A DNA stretch of 63,771 nucleotides, filler included. It is 14 parts of 14 records of this genome, joined end to end, with 100 filler letters (N's around TTAATTAATTAA, not from the genome) between each part and the next. Parts side by side here need not be neighbours in the genome. Positions count along the whole stretch, not along the records: positions 43,010 to 46,851 come from SRR15195285_9386; positions 46,952 to 51,971 come from SRR15195285_9388; positions 52,072 to 56,816 come from SRR15195285_9391; positions 56,917 to 60,320 come from SRR15195285_9411; 10 more parts are not named here. One strand, given 5' to 3'. A program made the translations under genes and the position numbers. Of this stretch, positions 45,296 through 57,263 are shown in pieces. Below the pieces are notes generated by a model that was not told where the DNA came from, did no database searches, and saw nothing but the letters and a program-made list of their open reading frames with translations. The first letter of the stretch is position 1. The number at the start of each line of letters is the position of its first letter.

Positions 45296-46851
45296 TCATA
45301 CACTGCATTGATAGGCTGGATTACGGTTCGTATGAGATATTGCACTTCTCCGCGTGAGATACGCCTTCGTGGGCGCTATGTTTTTGGCGATAGCGCCTAG
45401 TAGTGGCTCTTGCTGTTGAGCCGTCGGTATTCTCGGCCTGAAGCAGATCACCAAAGCGTCGCTGTCGCGCCACAGTACTAAGTCGTAAACGTCCACGATG
45501 ACAAACGCACAGACGCCGTACTGCCTCGCCAACTGCAGTACCCACAAGCACGCGATTGACCAAAGTGGTGTTTCCGGCGTAGAGCGCTGATTTGCTGTGA
45601 ACTGACAGAGCTTGATATCACGAAGCTCGTTGGCGATGTACAATCCAATGAGGACACGAACACCAGTGTAAGCCAGTCTGTGCCCCTCATTACCTGCACG
45701 GCACGCTGCACGTGGCCCCCATCGCTTTGTCCCATCCAGTGATCGCCGGAGATGGCAGGATTCCAGCAGGCATCGCACCCGAGATGTCCCGCCGGTGTTG
45801 CGGCACAGAGTGCTGTTGCGTTCAGATCATCTGCAAAATCATAGATATAGACGCTGCTGAGGCCGTTGTCAGGTCGTCCTTCGTCACGGTTGCGCTGTCG
45901 CGTGAAATCGGCAGTGGGGAGAAAGAGATCAATCTGATCTGGTTCGAAGCCACGCGTGGGGGCACGCGTGGGGGCAAGGGGTGGTTTGTACAGCAGACAG
46001 CGGCGGCAAGAGTCGCCAGCAATGCGCCCCAGTGCCTACCTCGTGAACCACAGTAGTTTCCCTCAGCACAGTTGGTCAGTATTGTCGAGGCAGCTTGGAT
46101 ACTGAGTAGCGACCATTATGGTACTCAGAGTCGTGCACTGGAACATCGCAACGAGTATGGAACCGATGAGATACGTCATCTTGCGATGCAGTGGAGCCTT
46201 CGGATCGACCACGATCAGCACGGTGCACTGGTGCAAGTTCGCACCCATCTCCTTGGCCACGATCAGCTCCCGAAGTGGCCGCAGCGTGGTCACTCGCCTC
46301 GGACGTACTAAACCCAATTTCCCGAGATCAGCTTGATTGGAACGACACAACAGGATTTCAAATCCACCAAGTAGTGAGCCTCTCGTGAGGGCTGACCATG
46401 CCGGCGTCGGAGTCAGAGTCGGAGTCAGAGTTTGTGGGTGAACACACCACGCCGCATCGCTCAGCGTGGAAGTCCCCAGCGCAAGAGCCGCTCCACGTGC
46501 CCCCATCGAGCACAGTCCCTGCGGACTGGATCTTGGCGGTCCATTGCGTGACGCTGTTGGTGTTGCTGTACCACTGGGTCATATGAAGGGTCGTGTCGTG
46601 TACGACGCCCGTAATCTCGAAAGGCTGATGATGATCGTGGTCAGTCGGCCACCCCTCAACGCAACCAGAAGGCAGCACACGCAGGGTGAACGCTTCCCGC
46701 TCTCGTGATAAACCGTCTTCGTGGTAAGAGTGCCCAGTCGCCAGCCAGTCGCCACTCATCGTGTGAGCGACCCCTGGAGCCAGAACGTCGACTTGGTGAA
46801 GTGAGGGCGAGGTGGGCTCTGACTGCTCCGGCTCCGGCTCCGGCTCCGGCT
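45296..46851 (-). CDS. Uncharacterised membrane protein, 5'-truncated at an (EP)n repeat; multi-exon, boundaries approximate
   Basis: A beta-rich N-terminal module (SGDWLATG...FEITG...HMTQWY...WTAKI...GTWSG...FHAER), then hydrophobic segments and a Cys-rich loop. Confidence 0.5.
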
Positions 46852-46951
46852 NNNNNNNNNNNNNNNNNNNNNNNNNNNNNNNNNNNNNNNNNNNNTTAAT
46901 TAATTAANNNNNNNNNNNNNNNNNNNNNNNNNNNNNNNNNNNNNNNNNNNN

Positions 46952-46993
46952 CACCACCACCAGCACCACCACCAGCAGCACCAGCACCAGCAG
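46952..46993. repeat. CAC/CAG trinucleotide repeat at the contig start
   Basis: caccaccaccagcaccaccaccagcagcaccagcaccagcagc. Confidence 0.85.
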
Positions 46994-47929
46994 CGTAGCA
47001 ATGAGCAAGGCCAATTTCAGAATTTCAGAAATTCGAGCAATGATCCGCACTTGCCACTTCGTACACTTCGCTCTGCACACTGCAGGCGCCGGAGGGTATT
47101 GCTCGTGACCTGGGTGGCGGCGGTACTATTGCTCATGAGGGTATATAAATATCCTATAGTAGATACATTGTTCGTCGACGTGCCGCAACGGGCCAATGGC
47201 AACGACGAGTCGACGACGTGGCAAGCGACACACGACAATCTGCATCGCCCTCACAGTCTGAGGGCGGGCCCACAACGCATCTAGGTACGCAGATCGATGC
47301 GAATGCAGACAGTCAGGTCACAACGATTGACACGAGTCAATCACGTGATGATGGTGACGCTAGCGACGTAGTTAGACCAGCGTTAGATTTTAACACTGTA
47401 TTTAGATCACTCTAGGCTAGCTATAACTAATAGGCACGGTCTGTGCTAAACGGGAAACCTAGCCGTAGATAGAGTTGCGTGTACGCATGTAATTAAAGCT
47501 CTCCTTCTCTCTCACACTTAGGAAGCGCACGGGGTGAGCACTAAAGTACTGAACTTTGATCGGAAGGAGCGCCGTGTGCTATGGCGTTTGCAATTGAGGC
47601 TCTGCCAGTAGCTGCTGGGATTCGGAAGGTAGGGTTCACCCGCGGCCATTTCTGTGCTCAGTACGCCGACGGATCTGGTGCATGAGAACATGCTCTGCGT
47701 GAACGGCAACTACTAATGAAAATCCGACTTTACTCAGAAACGAGGATCCCAAAGGGGACCGTAATCTTGTGCGAGGTCCCTGCTTAGTTGGAGCCAGCCA
47801 ATTGTGGAGCATCTTCGCGATACATCCAAATGCCTTAGTCTGGCGAGGTGGTGCAGCTGCGCCCTCGTCACCTCAAGTCAGCCCGTCTCGCTCGCCACTC
47901 CAGCCTGAGGTGCGCGTCTGCAACGCCAA

Positions 47930-50900
47930 CTACGCATATGGACACCCGCAGTCTGGCAGCACTTGCGGGAATGTTCCTGGTTTGCATACATTTCGAGAAG
48001 CAGGAGCAGGATAGCCGAAACTTTGTACGTTTGTGATCGTCACGTTGTACGTCATGTTCTGTCCGTCCATGCCAATTTTGCACGGCTGGCAGGATGGTTG
48101 GAAGAACTCCCACTTGTGGGTCACCGCGGATTGGACATGACACTTGCGAGTTGCCGTGTTGGCCTTGAAGTATGAGTAGACCCCGTTGATAGTAGACTCG
48201 TTGGAAAAGTATCCAGGCGGCATGCCTGCAGTGCCCTTCTTTGCACTCGCGAAGCCTGCGCCAATATCAGCGGTAGTCTCGCAGCCATAGCCATACAAAT
48301 CACGAAGGTGAAAAGCACCATTCTTCTGTGTGTGTGGCCCACTCATGAATGCTGCTTTCCCATCACGGCAGGTGATGTTGCGACCTGTGATGTTGCCCAC
48401 AAAGCGACCAGCGCCCTTTGCACCCGTCTCTGCCCTGAGAGTGACGCCCCCACTGCCGTCAAGATTCTCGAAGTCGATGTAATTGCCAGTCTGCATTTGC
48501 AGCAAACCGTACCCTGGCCAACCTCCGCTGGATGTTATGTTGGAGATCGTGCCATGCGAAGGGCCGCATGTGTGGTCTACAGCGCCAGAATCAAGACACA
48601 GCGCTGACAAGGTGCCTGCACACGGCAGCTTTTCGGCGCTGGTGATATTGTTGGCCAGCAAGACATTGACGTTAGATATGTGGAATAAATTGATGCAGCC
48701 GACCTGAATGCCCCGCACACGCCACGGACACCTAAGAGGCTTTGAGACGTCCATCAAGACGGGCTGTCCAGCTGGGGCAACGATTGAGATGTTGGTGGCA
48801 GAGGTTGCCAACTCTGGATCCCCATCGACGGCAATCAGCCCTGAACGAACAGCAGGCGCGGGAAACAGCACCACGTCTGCGGCGAACTTCCACACCACGT
48901 GTGATGTCGACAACACAACGTCGGCAATCATATAGCGCCCGGCAGGGATGCGGACACAGCCACCTGCTGCACCCAGCTTGTGCTGACAAGTCGCAAATGC
49001 AGTGCTGTCATCATGGTCGCCGTCCCCGTCTGCGCCGCAGTCTGCCTGCAAGTCCAGGCACGCATCCGAGCCACCACCGACGTGTACTAGAGTTGAAGCA
49101 CTATCAGCTGGTGGGATCCAGCTTAGAGAGTATAGACCGATGGCTAGCGAGCCAGGGCCATTCTTCTTGGAGCTGCGAAGCAGATGACAGCACATTAGCG
49201 AAAACAAGAACCGATACTACTTGGCACTATTCACTAGGAAGGAAGTGCGTCTCTCATAACCGTAGTATTCGAACATTCGTACTCACGTTGAGTGCCGAGC
49301 GATGAAATATCGCACAGTCGCAGCGTCACCTGGGACTCCCTCGTAGACGGGGGTAGGCTCTGCAAGAGCATCGCGTGAATCAATCGGCCAGTTAATCACG
49401 AACTGATTGTTGATACGGGATGATATCTTGCAGCTACCGAGTCACACACTCACCACCAGGTGCCGGTCCGTCGTCAGACTTGTTCTGCCAGTTAAGCGCA
49501 CCTGCGTAGGTCCAATTCAAGGCGTGTGGGTCGGTCTTAAGGTCGATGACGAAGTGAGGTGCAGGTCCTTGGGGCATCCCTGGCTTGCCGAATACCTTGC
49601 CGTGAAAGGCACACCAGATGTGCAGCTCGTCGACTCCCAGTGGACCGCGGAAGAACTCGCAATTTTCGTAGCCGTCCGGGTCCCATCCGGGCTGTGGTGG
49701 GAATAGTGGGTTGTTTGGTGCCTCACTGTAGGGTGGTGTCCACGAAGTAGGACTGTGTGGGAGGTAGAGACCTTCAGTGGCCGTGTTGAAGCTCGACACG
49801 CCCTTCGTCCAGTAGCCCTTTTGCCCACCCACGACCATTGCCCTGCCGGAGTCGAGTCGTCGTGCGTTCCAGCCGCCCGTCCAATTGGAAGCTGGGTCAC
49901 TCGTTGGGGTGGCAACAGCAGGAAATAGCCTCTGCCAGGGGCCGTCCGGCGACTTGGCAGAGGCAACAGCCTGAGCGCAAGTTTGCATGCTGCTTTGATT
50001 CGCACCGGAGGCGGAGTAAAACAGGTACCAAAGCTTTTCTTCGTCGCTGTAGATCGCTGAGGAAGAGAAGGTTCCACTATAGTCCCAGGCCTTTGGATCA
50101 CTTGAATGAGGGAGCGCAAGGCCATGTGATTCCCATGGCCCCAGGATCTCGGGCGCACTGTAGTGGTAGAGGTAGGCATCCCAGCCGGGCTTCGTCGAGC
50201 CATTCATGTGGTCCACCCAGAAATGCCAACGCTTGGTGACGGGGTCTTGGACCGCCGCACTCGGGTCGCGCAAGTTGCCGTGAGGATCGAACGCTATGGT
50301 TTTGACAAAGTTGAGCGTAGGGACCCAGTACTTGGAGGGTGGGGGTGGTACGGGGGCAGGACCCGCGGGCACCATGCCGGACGTGCAGTTGGGCCGCCCG
50401 CCTAAGTATTTACCGGCTTTGGCGCTCTTGAGCCAGCACATCTTCTGACCCTGGTATGCTCCCCCCGGTTGGTACATCGTGAACACAAAATGACCACAGC
50501 GTGGGTTGGCGCAGCAGGCTGCCGCGCAGTCGCTTGCAGTCGTGCCAATCATCTCACCTACATCTTTGCCGTTCTCAAAATTCTTTCCGTGGAGGTAAGT
50601 CGTACCTTGCAGGCACGTGCTTGGGGACGGCGAGGGTGGCGACAGGGCGGAAAGCGTCGCCATCTCCGCAGACGTGAGCTCGAACGAGAACACATCTAGG
50701 TCCTCTGTGATGTACTCCGGCTTGTGGGCGGCTGTCACTGCGCTGATGTTTTGCTGGATCAGCCAGCGAAAGGCCACCTGCGCAGCAGAGACCTTGTGCA
50801 CCTTGCCGATGGCGATCACCTCGGGAATATCTAGCACGCTGCTGTTGCTCCAGAGGCCTTGTAAGGGGCTGTACGCACTGTACGCAATCCCATGAGACTG

Positions 50901-51578
50901 GCAGAACTGCACTGTGGCGTCGTCCCCGCCGCCGCGAGTGTTATTCGTGTTGGCGACGGCGTGGTCACACTGGTTTACGGCTGGCACGATCTTAACTCGT
51001 GGGTCCGCTAGCATCGCTTCCAACAACGCTGAGTCAAAATTCGAGACGCCGATGGCCTTGGTAAGTCCTGCTGCCAGGCCAGCCTCAAGCTGCAGCCAGC
51101 GCAAGATGGTGAGCTCGGTGCCGTCAGCAGTCTCAGTGGACCGGCACGGCTCGTGCATAAGTGTCAGGTCCGTCCACGGCAGCTGCAGCAGGGCGTTGTT
51201 GCGTTCCATGCAGTCCTGCGCGTGAGCGCAGGCCATCTCCGGCTTCCTGCTGGTGGCAGCGCACGGCAGCTTCGTTGTGACGAAGATATCTGCGCGTGGG
51301 ATCTCCGGGTGGTCCTTGATCGCGGCCGCAATCTGCTCGTTGATCTGGTCCGTGTATCCGAGCGCCGTGTCCAGGCCCCGACCACCCTGGCGCAGAAACT
51401 CGGAGTAGTTGCTGTAGTGATTGCCCGCGCGCACGGCCTGTGAGGTGCCTCCGCAATTGATGTACGGCATCTGCGCGCCCGTATTGAGGCGGATGGTCGT
51501 CTTGTCCGCGCGGGAGGCGGTGGCATCTCCTGCGCCTGCCATCGCCACTACCACCAGTACGCGCAGGCTGTTCACCAT
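47930..51578 (-). CDS. Secreted polyprotein, 1146 aa: signal peptide - aldo-keto reductase - PAN/apple - GH117/GH43-like beta-propeller - GH82 iota-carrageenase-like beta-helix; introns 49360..49453 and 49173..49286
   Basis: Exons 51578..49454, 49359..49287 and 49172..47930 sum to 3441 nt in one frame; both donors are GTGAGT and both acceptors GCAG. AKR tetrad LDTALGY / TTKL / LMHEP and AIGVSNF; CAAACCANPRC...CWLK; RDPSA, AWDYSGTFSS, WYLFYSA; GYGLLQ, GGVTLRAETG, CRDGKAAFMSGPHTQKNG. Confidence 0.82.
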
Positions 51579-51617
51579 ACGGTTGGATCGGTCGCGTCAG
51601 GAACAAGAACTTTTCGG

Positions 51618-51657
51618 AATGTCGCAGCGTATAGCGGAAATGTCGCAGCGTATAGCG
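51618..51657. repeat. 19-bp direct repeat (period 21) upstream of the polyprotein start codon
   Basis: AATGTCGCAGCGTATAGCG at 51618..51636 and 51639..51657. Confidence 0.88.
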
Positions 51658-52071
51658 AGCGAAGCGCGCCCACGGCGCCACAATGTACGTATGAGGTGCA
51701 CCACCTCGCGCTGAGCGCGCGCGCCGCAGGCGGCGCTACATGCATACTATGAATAGTATGTACAGTACTATAAGCGCGCGCGCCAGCTTGCATGTCCACG
51801 AGTGCTATTATATACTATCGAATATTTGAATTGTATACAGAGGTGAGGCTCGGGTGCAGACCTGCACGCTGCAGACCCGGAAAGGCCTACTGTAGGGGAA
51901 AGCGGCGCCGGCGGAGTACGTATTCGAATAGTCAGTACGCAAATTCAGTAATAATTCACCAGCTGGCACGGNNNNNNNNNNNNNNNNNNNNNNNNNNNNN
52001 NNNNNNNNNNNNNNNTTAATTAATTAANNNNNNNNNNNNNNNNNNNNNNNNNNNNNNNNNNNNNNNNNNNN

Positions 52072-55000
52072 GCTCAAGCTCAGGCTCAGGCTCAGGCTCC
52101 GGACGCAGGCGGACCTGCGAGGCTAGTTGCAGCTGCAGTGCTTTCATGTAAGAGTGCAACTTTGACAACAGTGTTAGGTCTCGGAAACTGAGTACCATGT
52201 GTGTACGTTCTGAAACGTGTAGTGAAACAGATCGCTGGTTCTCTTCAGTCAATACAGCCATCCCTACATCTAATTGGTTCGACAGTAGTAGTGGGTATTC
52301 GATTGCTGAGATTCCGGTCAGCAAATAGTCGTATCCTCCACAGTAGCGGTGAAGTGAAAGCCCGTTCAATTGTATGCTAAGTTGTCTGCCCTGGGCAGAT
52401 TTGGGTACAGCTTCAAACTGCAACTGCTCGATCGTCATGCACACACCACCTCCGATATCAACGACAGGAATATTGAGACACATGTCCGCAATCGTGACAT
52501 CTGTTGTGGGTTTGTTCGATTGAACCGCATACAGATCGATATTGTTGATGCTCAGGTCGACAAGTGGGTCTGCAGATCGGTTGAACAGACTAGGTAGGAC
52601 AGATGCCCGTACTGATAGCAATTGAACGTGGAGCGTCTTTCGTGCGTCTTGTGCTAAGATGACGGGTGGCGGCGGAGCCTGGTAACTCTGTCGTTCACTC
52701 AGCAGACAGTTCGCGACGGCAAGCTGGGTCTGTGCATACTCGAAGTGCTCTTTGGCGTCTCTCAACAGTTGGGCTCGTTTCTGGTCGTCCGTTTGATCTT
52801 GAGGTGCCACTGACTGGCGGATCAGAGCGTCCACAGCAAGTTTCGCATTCTGCAGGTCCTTCTCTTTGCGACGCACCAGCCGTTCTTGAGGTGAGCATTT
52901 GAGCGACTCGGAAACTGCGGCCATCGTTCCTTTCGCCAATATAGCCAGGTTTGTCGCCAGTTCTGGACGTATCGCGACACTAGTCGAGCCTACAATCACC
53001 TCCTTTTGGCCATTAAAAGCCCTCGGTGACCCTTCTTGAACGTCCAAAGATTTTATGGACAGGTCCTGCAGCTGAAACAATTTGCTAGGTCTGCCGGAGA
53101 AAGCTTGCTCGCAGTCTATGATACTGAGTGTCTTAATCTGCGCATTAACTGATCGATCCAGAAAACGCTCTTCCACAGTTACCTCAAAGTCTTGCAGTCC
53201 AATTGAAATTATCTCTTGCATGTCAGTCGAGTCAACGGCGTCGACGTCACCTTGCAGGCACAATTGAATGCTCTGAACGTCGATCCGTAAGACCAACAGC
53301 TTCCAATCTCTCAGTAAATCGAAGACGTATCCATCCCACCAGTATTGAAACTCTTCAAATTTAACAGTTTCGTCACGAGTTTGATCGATGCCTGCATACG
53401 CATAGACGGAATTGAGCAAATCGTCCACATCTTCTTCTGGCTTTCCAACTAGCAGCAATATCTTTCGCATCTCGCTCTTGCTGAGCACACCATCTTCGTC
53501 GGAGTCAAATTGCTGCCACGCCTGCCGTACGCCATCGTTTACCTTACTTGCCTGGCTCTGAGCCACAGATCCTATTTTGGAAGTCGTTTGCGTTATCTTT
53601 GCTGTTTGTATTCTTTTCACGCTGGGTGCTACGTTTGATTTGGCTTGCTTCGCAACTGCGACACTTGAAACTGATTCCAGAACAGACGCACAGATCGCTG
53701 CAAGCGCCTTGATGTTCTCTGTGGACACTGTCAGGCATATATTTGGCAGGATCAACTGTCCGTTGACCTTGGTGGCCGATGGATCAAAACTTTGCTTGTG
53801 GAAAGCGAGGGTACCTTCAATGCCCTTCATATCAATGAGATTGGTCGGGCCGTGTTTAGCAGTGGAATTGCCATTCGAACAAGTGTCCACCCGAACAGCA
53901 ACGTTATCCAATGTAACGCAAAACTGGTTGTAGTCGGCGTGTACAGAGTTTCCCTCACGGATACATAGGCAGCCGAAGTCCACCACCAATGTTTGGCTGA
54001 CTGTTCCAATGACGCACGAGCAACGCTCAGGGATCACCAAGATAGGACCACGAATCGTACAGTCAAGTGTAACTATGCGCTTTTTGAAAGCTTTGGTTGG
54101 CCGCTGCTGCTGACTTAGCAACAACGACACCCCAGCCTTTCTGTCGTCGATCCTATTTTTCGTCTTGATTTTGACATCTTCATTGATGCCGACGCTGTGA
54201 TCGGCCATCGCTATAAAGTCCGTCATTTGATCTACCAGGAAGTGATTCAACACGATTTGTACGGGCATCGTGTTGACCTTGATGTCAATATTGTCCACAG
54301 CTCCTTCACACAACTTGGAGTATTTGAGAGCCAGCACGAACTGGTTGTGTCTTGCCGCAGCGTCATTGATGTGTGACGACAGCAACTTCTTAAACAAAGG
54401 GTGCGTCGTATGATGGTCAACAACAGTCATCTGCTGGAGTGTCACGTTGGCGTTCGTTGTTCCACTGGTCTTTTTGCTGAATGAGACGGCAATTTCATCC
54501 AGTCGCAGGTCAACAAGCAGCTGGTCACGCATGGTCAGTGCAACGTTCACCTGCACAATATCCACGTCTACTCGTAAGCGAAATTTGTCCGGTAGCTGAG
54601 CGGAGACTGCCATGTTTCTTGGCCGAGACATTGCCGGACGAACCCCGATTATGGTCAGCTGCGCATCTGTCATATTCATCTGACTACGGGCCTTGTCTTC
54701 GCTGTAAACGCGCTTCCATGCAACCGTTCTGAGATCAACTAGTGTGAGGTAATCCAGCCGACTTTCCAAATCAGCAATCTCCCTCAGCTCCGACTGTTGC
54801 AGCTTACTTGCTCGGTGTCCGCCCCATTTGCGTACGCATAGCTGTGTGTATCGCTGAGCTGCCTGAAGCGATTGTCGAATGTGAGTCGGTTGAAGACGCA
54901 GCATGCGTACCCTGCGCTTCTGCACCAATGACTTGATGGCAAACTGCCACCATAATCGCCAGTTCACAGCAGAATCTGGTGCGCATTCTGGGCGCGTGGT

Positions 55001-56635
55001 GCACGCTTCGACACCACGATGTTCCAGGTGCACCATTTCAAAACGATGCGCCCAGAGCATTAAGTTGTAGAAACGCTTCAATGTTTCGTGAGAACACGTC
55101 ACATCGATGCTAGGAATCTCCACCGAAGCCTCGCAGTCAGCGCCTTCTGTTCTTTCTTTCCTCCCTTTGGTTCCGCCTGCAAAGCTGCCTTCATTATTAG
55201 TGCTGAACGTTAGCCGGCTTCTCATGCGCTCTGCGGTTGGATCCGTGTCGAGTGAGATTTGTGCGACAAGTCTTTGTGGTCCTATCAAGTACTTCATAGA
55301 CGCCGTCTGCGGTGAAGGTGCTGCCGGAGCAATTGCAGACAACATCTTCTCTCGCCATTCCTGACTTCCTGGCGACTCGTACGGGGGTTCAGGGTTGCAG
55401 TACGCAGCGAATCCAGAATGCTGCGACGATCCATCAGCAAACGCTTGCAACTGCTTCCCCAGCTCGATTCTCTTGTTTGCGAATCTCTGCTCCTCCTTTA
55501 CCGACACAGGCTGCGTAGCGCCTGTCAGCATATCCACAAGAAAGCTGGTCACTTCAAGCCGATCTAGGGTAATTCCTGCCGCAAACATTGTCGACGAGTC
55601 AGCAGCGGCCCAGGATACCCTTCGGGACGAAATATCATCTTCGAACCGCAGGTGCACGTTTTCGATCGTCACCTCGATGTTCTCCATGATTTTCTTCCGC
55701 ATACCGTCCATCTTCTCATCATCGTCTGGGTGGTCTTCCTCCACATTGGACTCACCCGCTGCCTTCCACGCAGCCTCGTGCTTATCCAACTTCGCCTTCT
55801 GCTGAGCCACACGGTCAGTCTGAGGGTTTATCTTCATTGTAGCCACGATGCCGCGGATATGAATGACGACTGGTCTCGATCTGAGGTGCTTGAAAGGGAT
55901 CTCTATGCGGATTCTGTCAACGTGCGACGCAACCAGCTCGATTGGCAGGCCCAGCGAGTCAAATGCATGGGGCAGGAGTTGAAGGTCAGTCAACTCGACG
56001 ATGCCTTGCAGCACATCGATCTCCAAGTTGTCTTTGTCCAGACCCGCGATGTAGCCGCCGAGGATTTGATTGATATGCTTGACGATTTTTTTTTCTATCG
56101 GATTGCCCATTCGATTGGCAAGCTTCGCCCCCAACCCTCGCTTGTGGACAGGTTTTGAGGCATCGCTTGCAAGAGCTTTAGGTGGTTGGGATCCATCATT
56201 TAGCATGAAGCTCAGCACGAGTTTGCCGCTCGCCGTCGTCACCATTCTCTCGTGGTGACGGCGCGAGCTGCGTGCCTGCACGAGCTCGTAATCGGTCCTC
56301 GTACTGGGTTTCTGCCACTCACTGGCAGGCACCCTGATTTCGCCAAGTAAATCGTTCCTGCCCACCAAATCGTAGTCAAAGACCTGGCAGATCAGGTTTC
56401 CACCTGAGTGCGCTGGGCTTGGCAGTTCGAGGTGCAGATTGGTGTCCCATACGGGATTCAACGTCTCGGAACGATGGCTTGTCTCCTGCCGTCGCTTCTC
56501 CGAGCCCTCGAAAAAGATCCGGACAAACGGATCGCTCGATTTCCCATGGTCTGCTGCGCGCAGCCCTTCCGCCTGGTGCACGGTCACCGCAAGCATCTTC
56601 TTCGCAGCAGCGTCCGCCCACCACTGTCTCGTCAC
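52072..56635 (-). CDS. VPS13: VPS13-like lipid transfer protein with a C2 domain before Chorein_N and an internal EF-hand pair; 3'-truncated at (EP)n
   Basis: C2: VTVHQAEGLRAADHGKSSDPFV...TLNPVW...VFDYDLVGRNDLLG. Chorein_N: ILGGYIAGLDKDNLEIDVLQGIVELTDLQL...LPI...IEIPF. Also IENVHLRFED, WWQFAI, LVVDFG, and EF loop DSDEDGVLSKSE. Confidence 0.85.
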
Positions 56636-57263
56636 TAATGTTAAGCAGACGTCATCACACTGTGCGCGAGGTCAAGGCTCCTGCTAGCACCCACATGCCT
56701 TGCAGTACCTGCGCTGCTCGGGTTCAAAAGAGCACCTTGGGCAGCGTTCAACATAGCACAGCGCTCTAATACAACAGATTAGACTGAACAGTGCAGTGCT
56801 CAACGACCGGCGCCGCNNNNNNNNNNNNNNNNNNNNNNNNNNNNNNNNNNNNNNNNNNNNTTAATTAATTAANNNNNNNNNNNNNNNNNNNNNNNNNNNN
56901 NNNNNNNNNNNNNNNNGTAGAAACGCGAACGTATGGCGGTTGGGCCAGTGTGAGTAGTACTCCAGTAGATCTAGGATCCTACCGATCATCGTAATGTATC
57001 CACGGTCGATTGTCGATACTCTGCGAGTATTGGGTTTGGGATTCGGAGCGCAGCCGGCGACTGCGTATGCACCGCGTGCGGAGCGCTGGGGACTCCAGGA
57101 TTATTTAGATCTAACGCTGAATCGTGCATGATCGAGGGCAGCGCAGCGTTCGTTAAAAATTCGGCCTGCTGACCACAGTGCAGCGGCGACGAGGTCAGCT
57201 GCAGTCTTGGGCCGGGCGTGCGGTAGGGGCCTACACCGCGTGCAGTGTGTTCGCGCGCACTCG

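Noticed and set aside
47002-47900. Possible small gene or 3' exon with a hydrophobic stretch (VLLVTWVAAVLLLM)
   Set aside because: Too short and next to a contig end; no supportable model.
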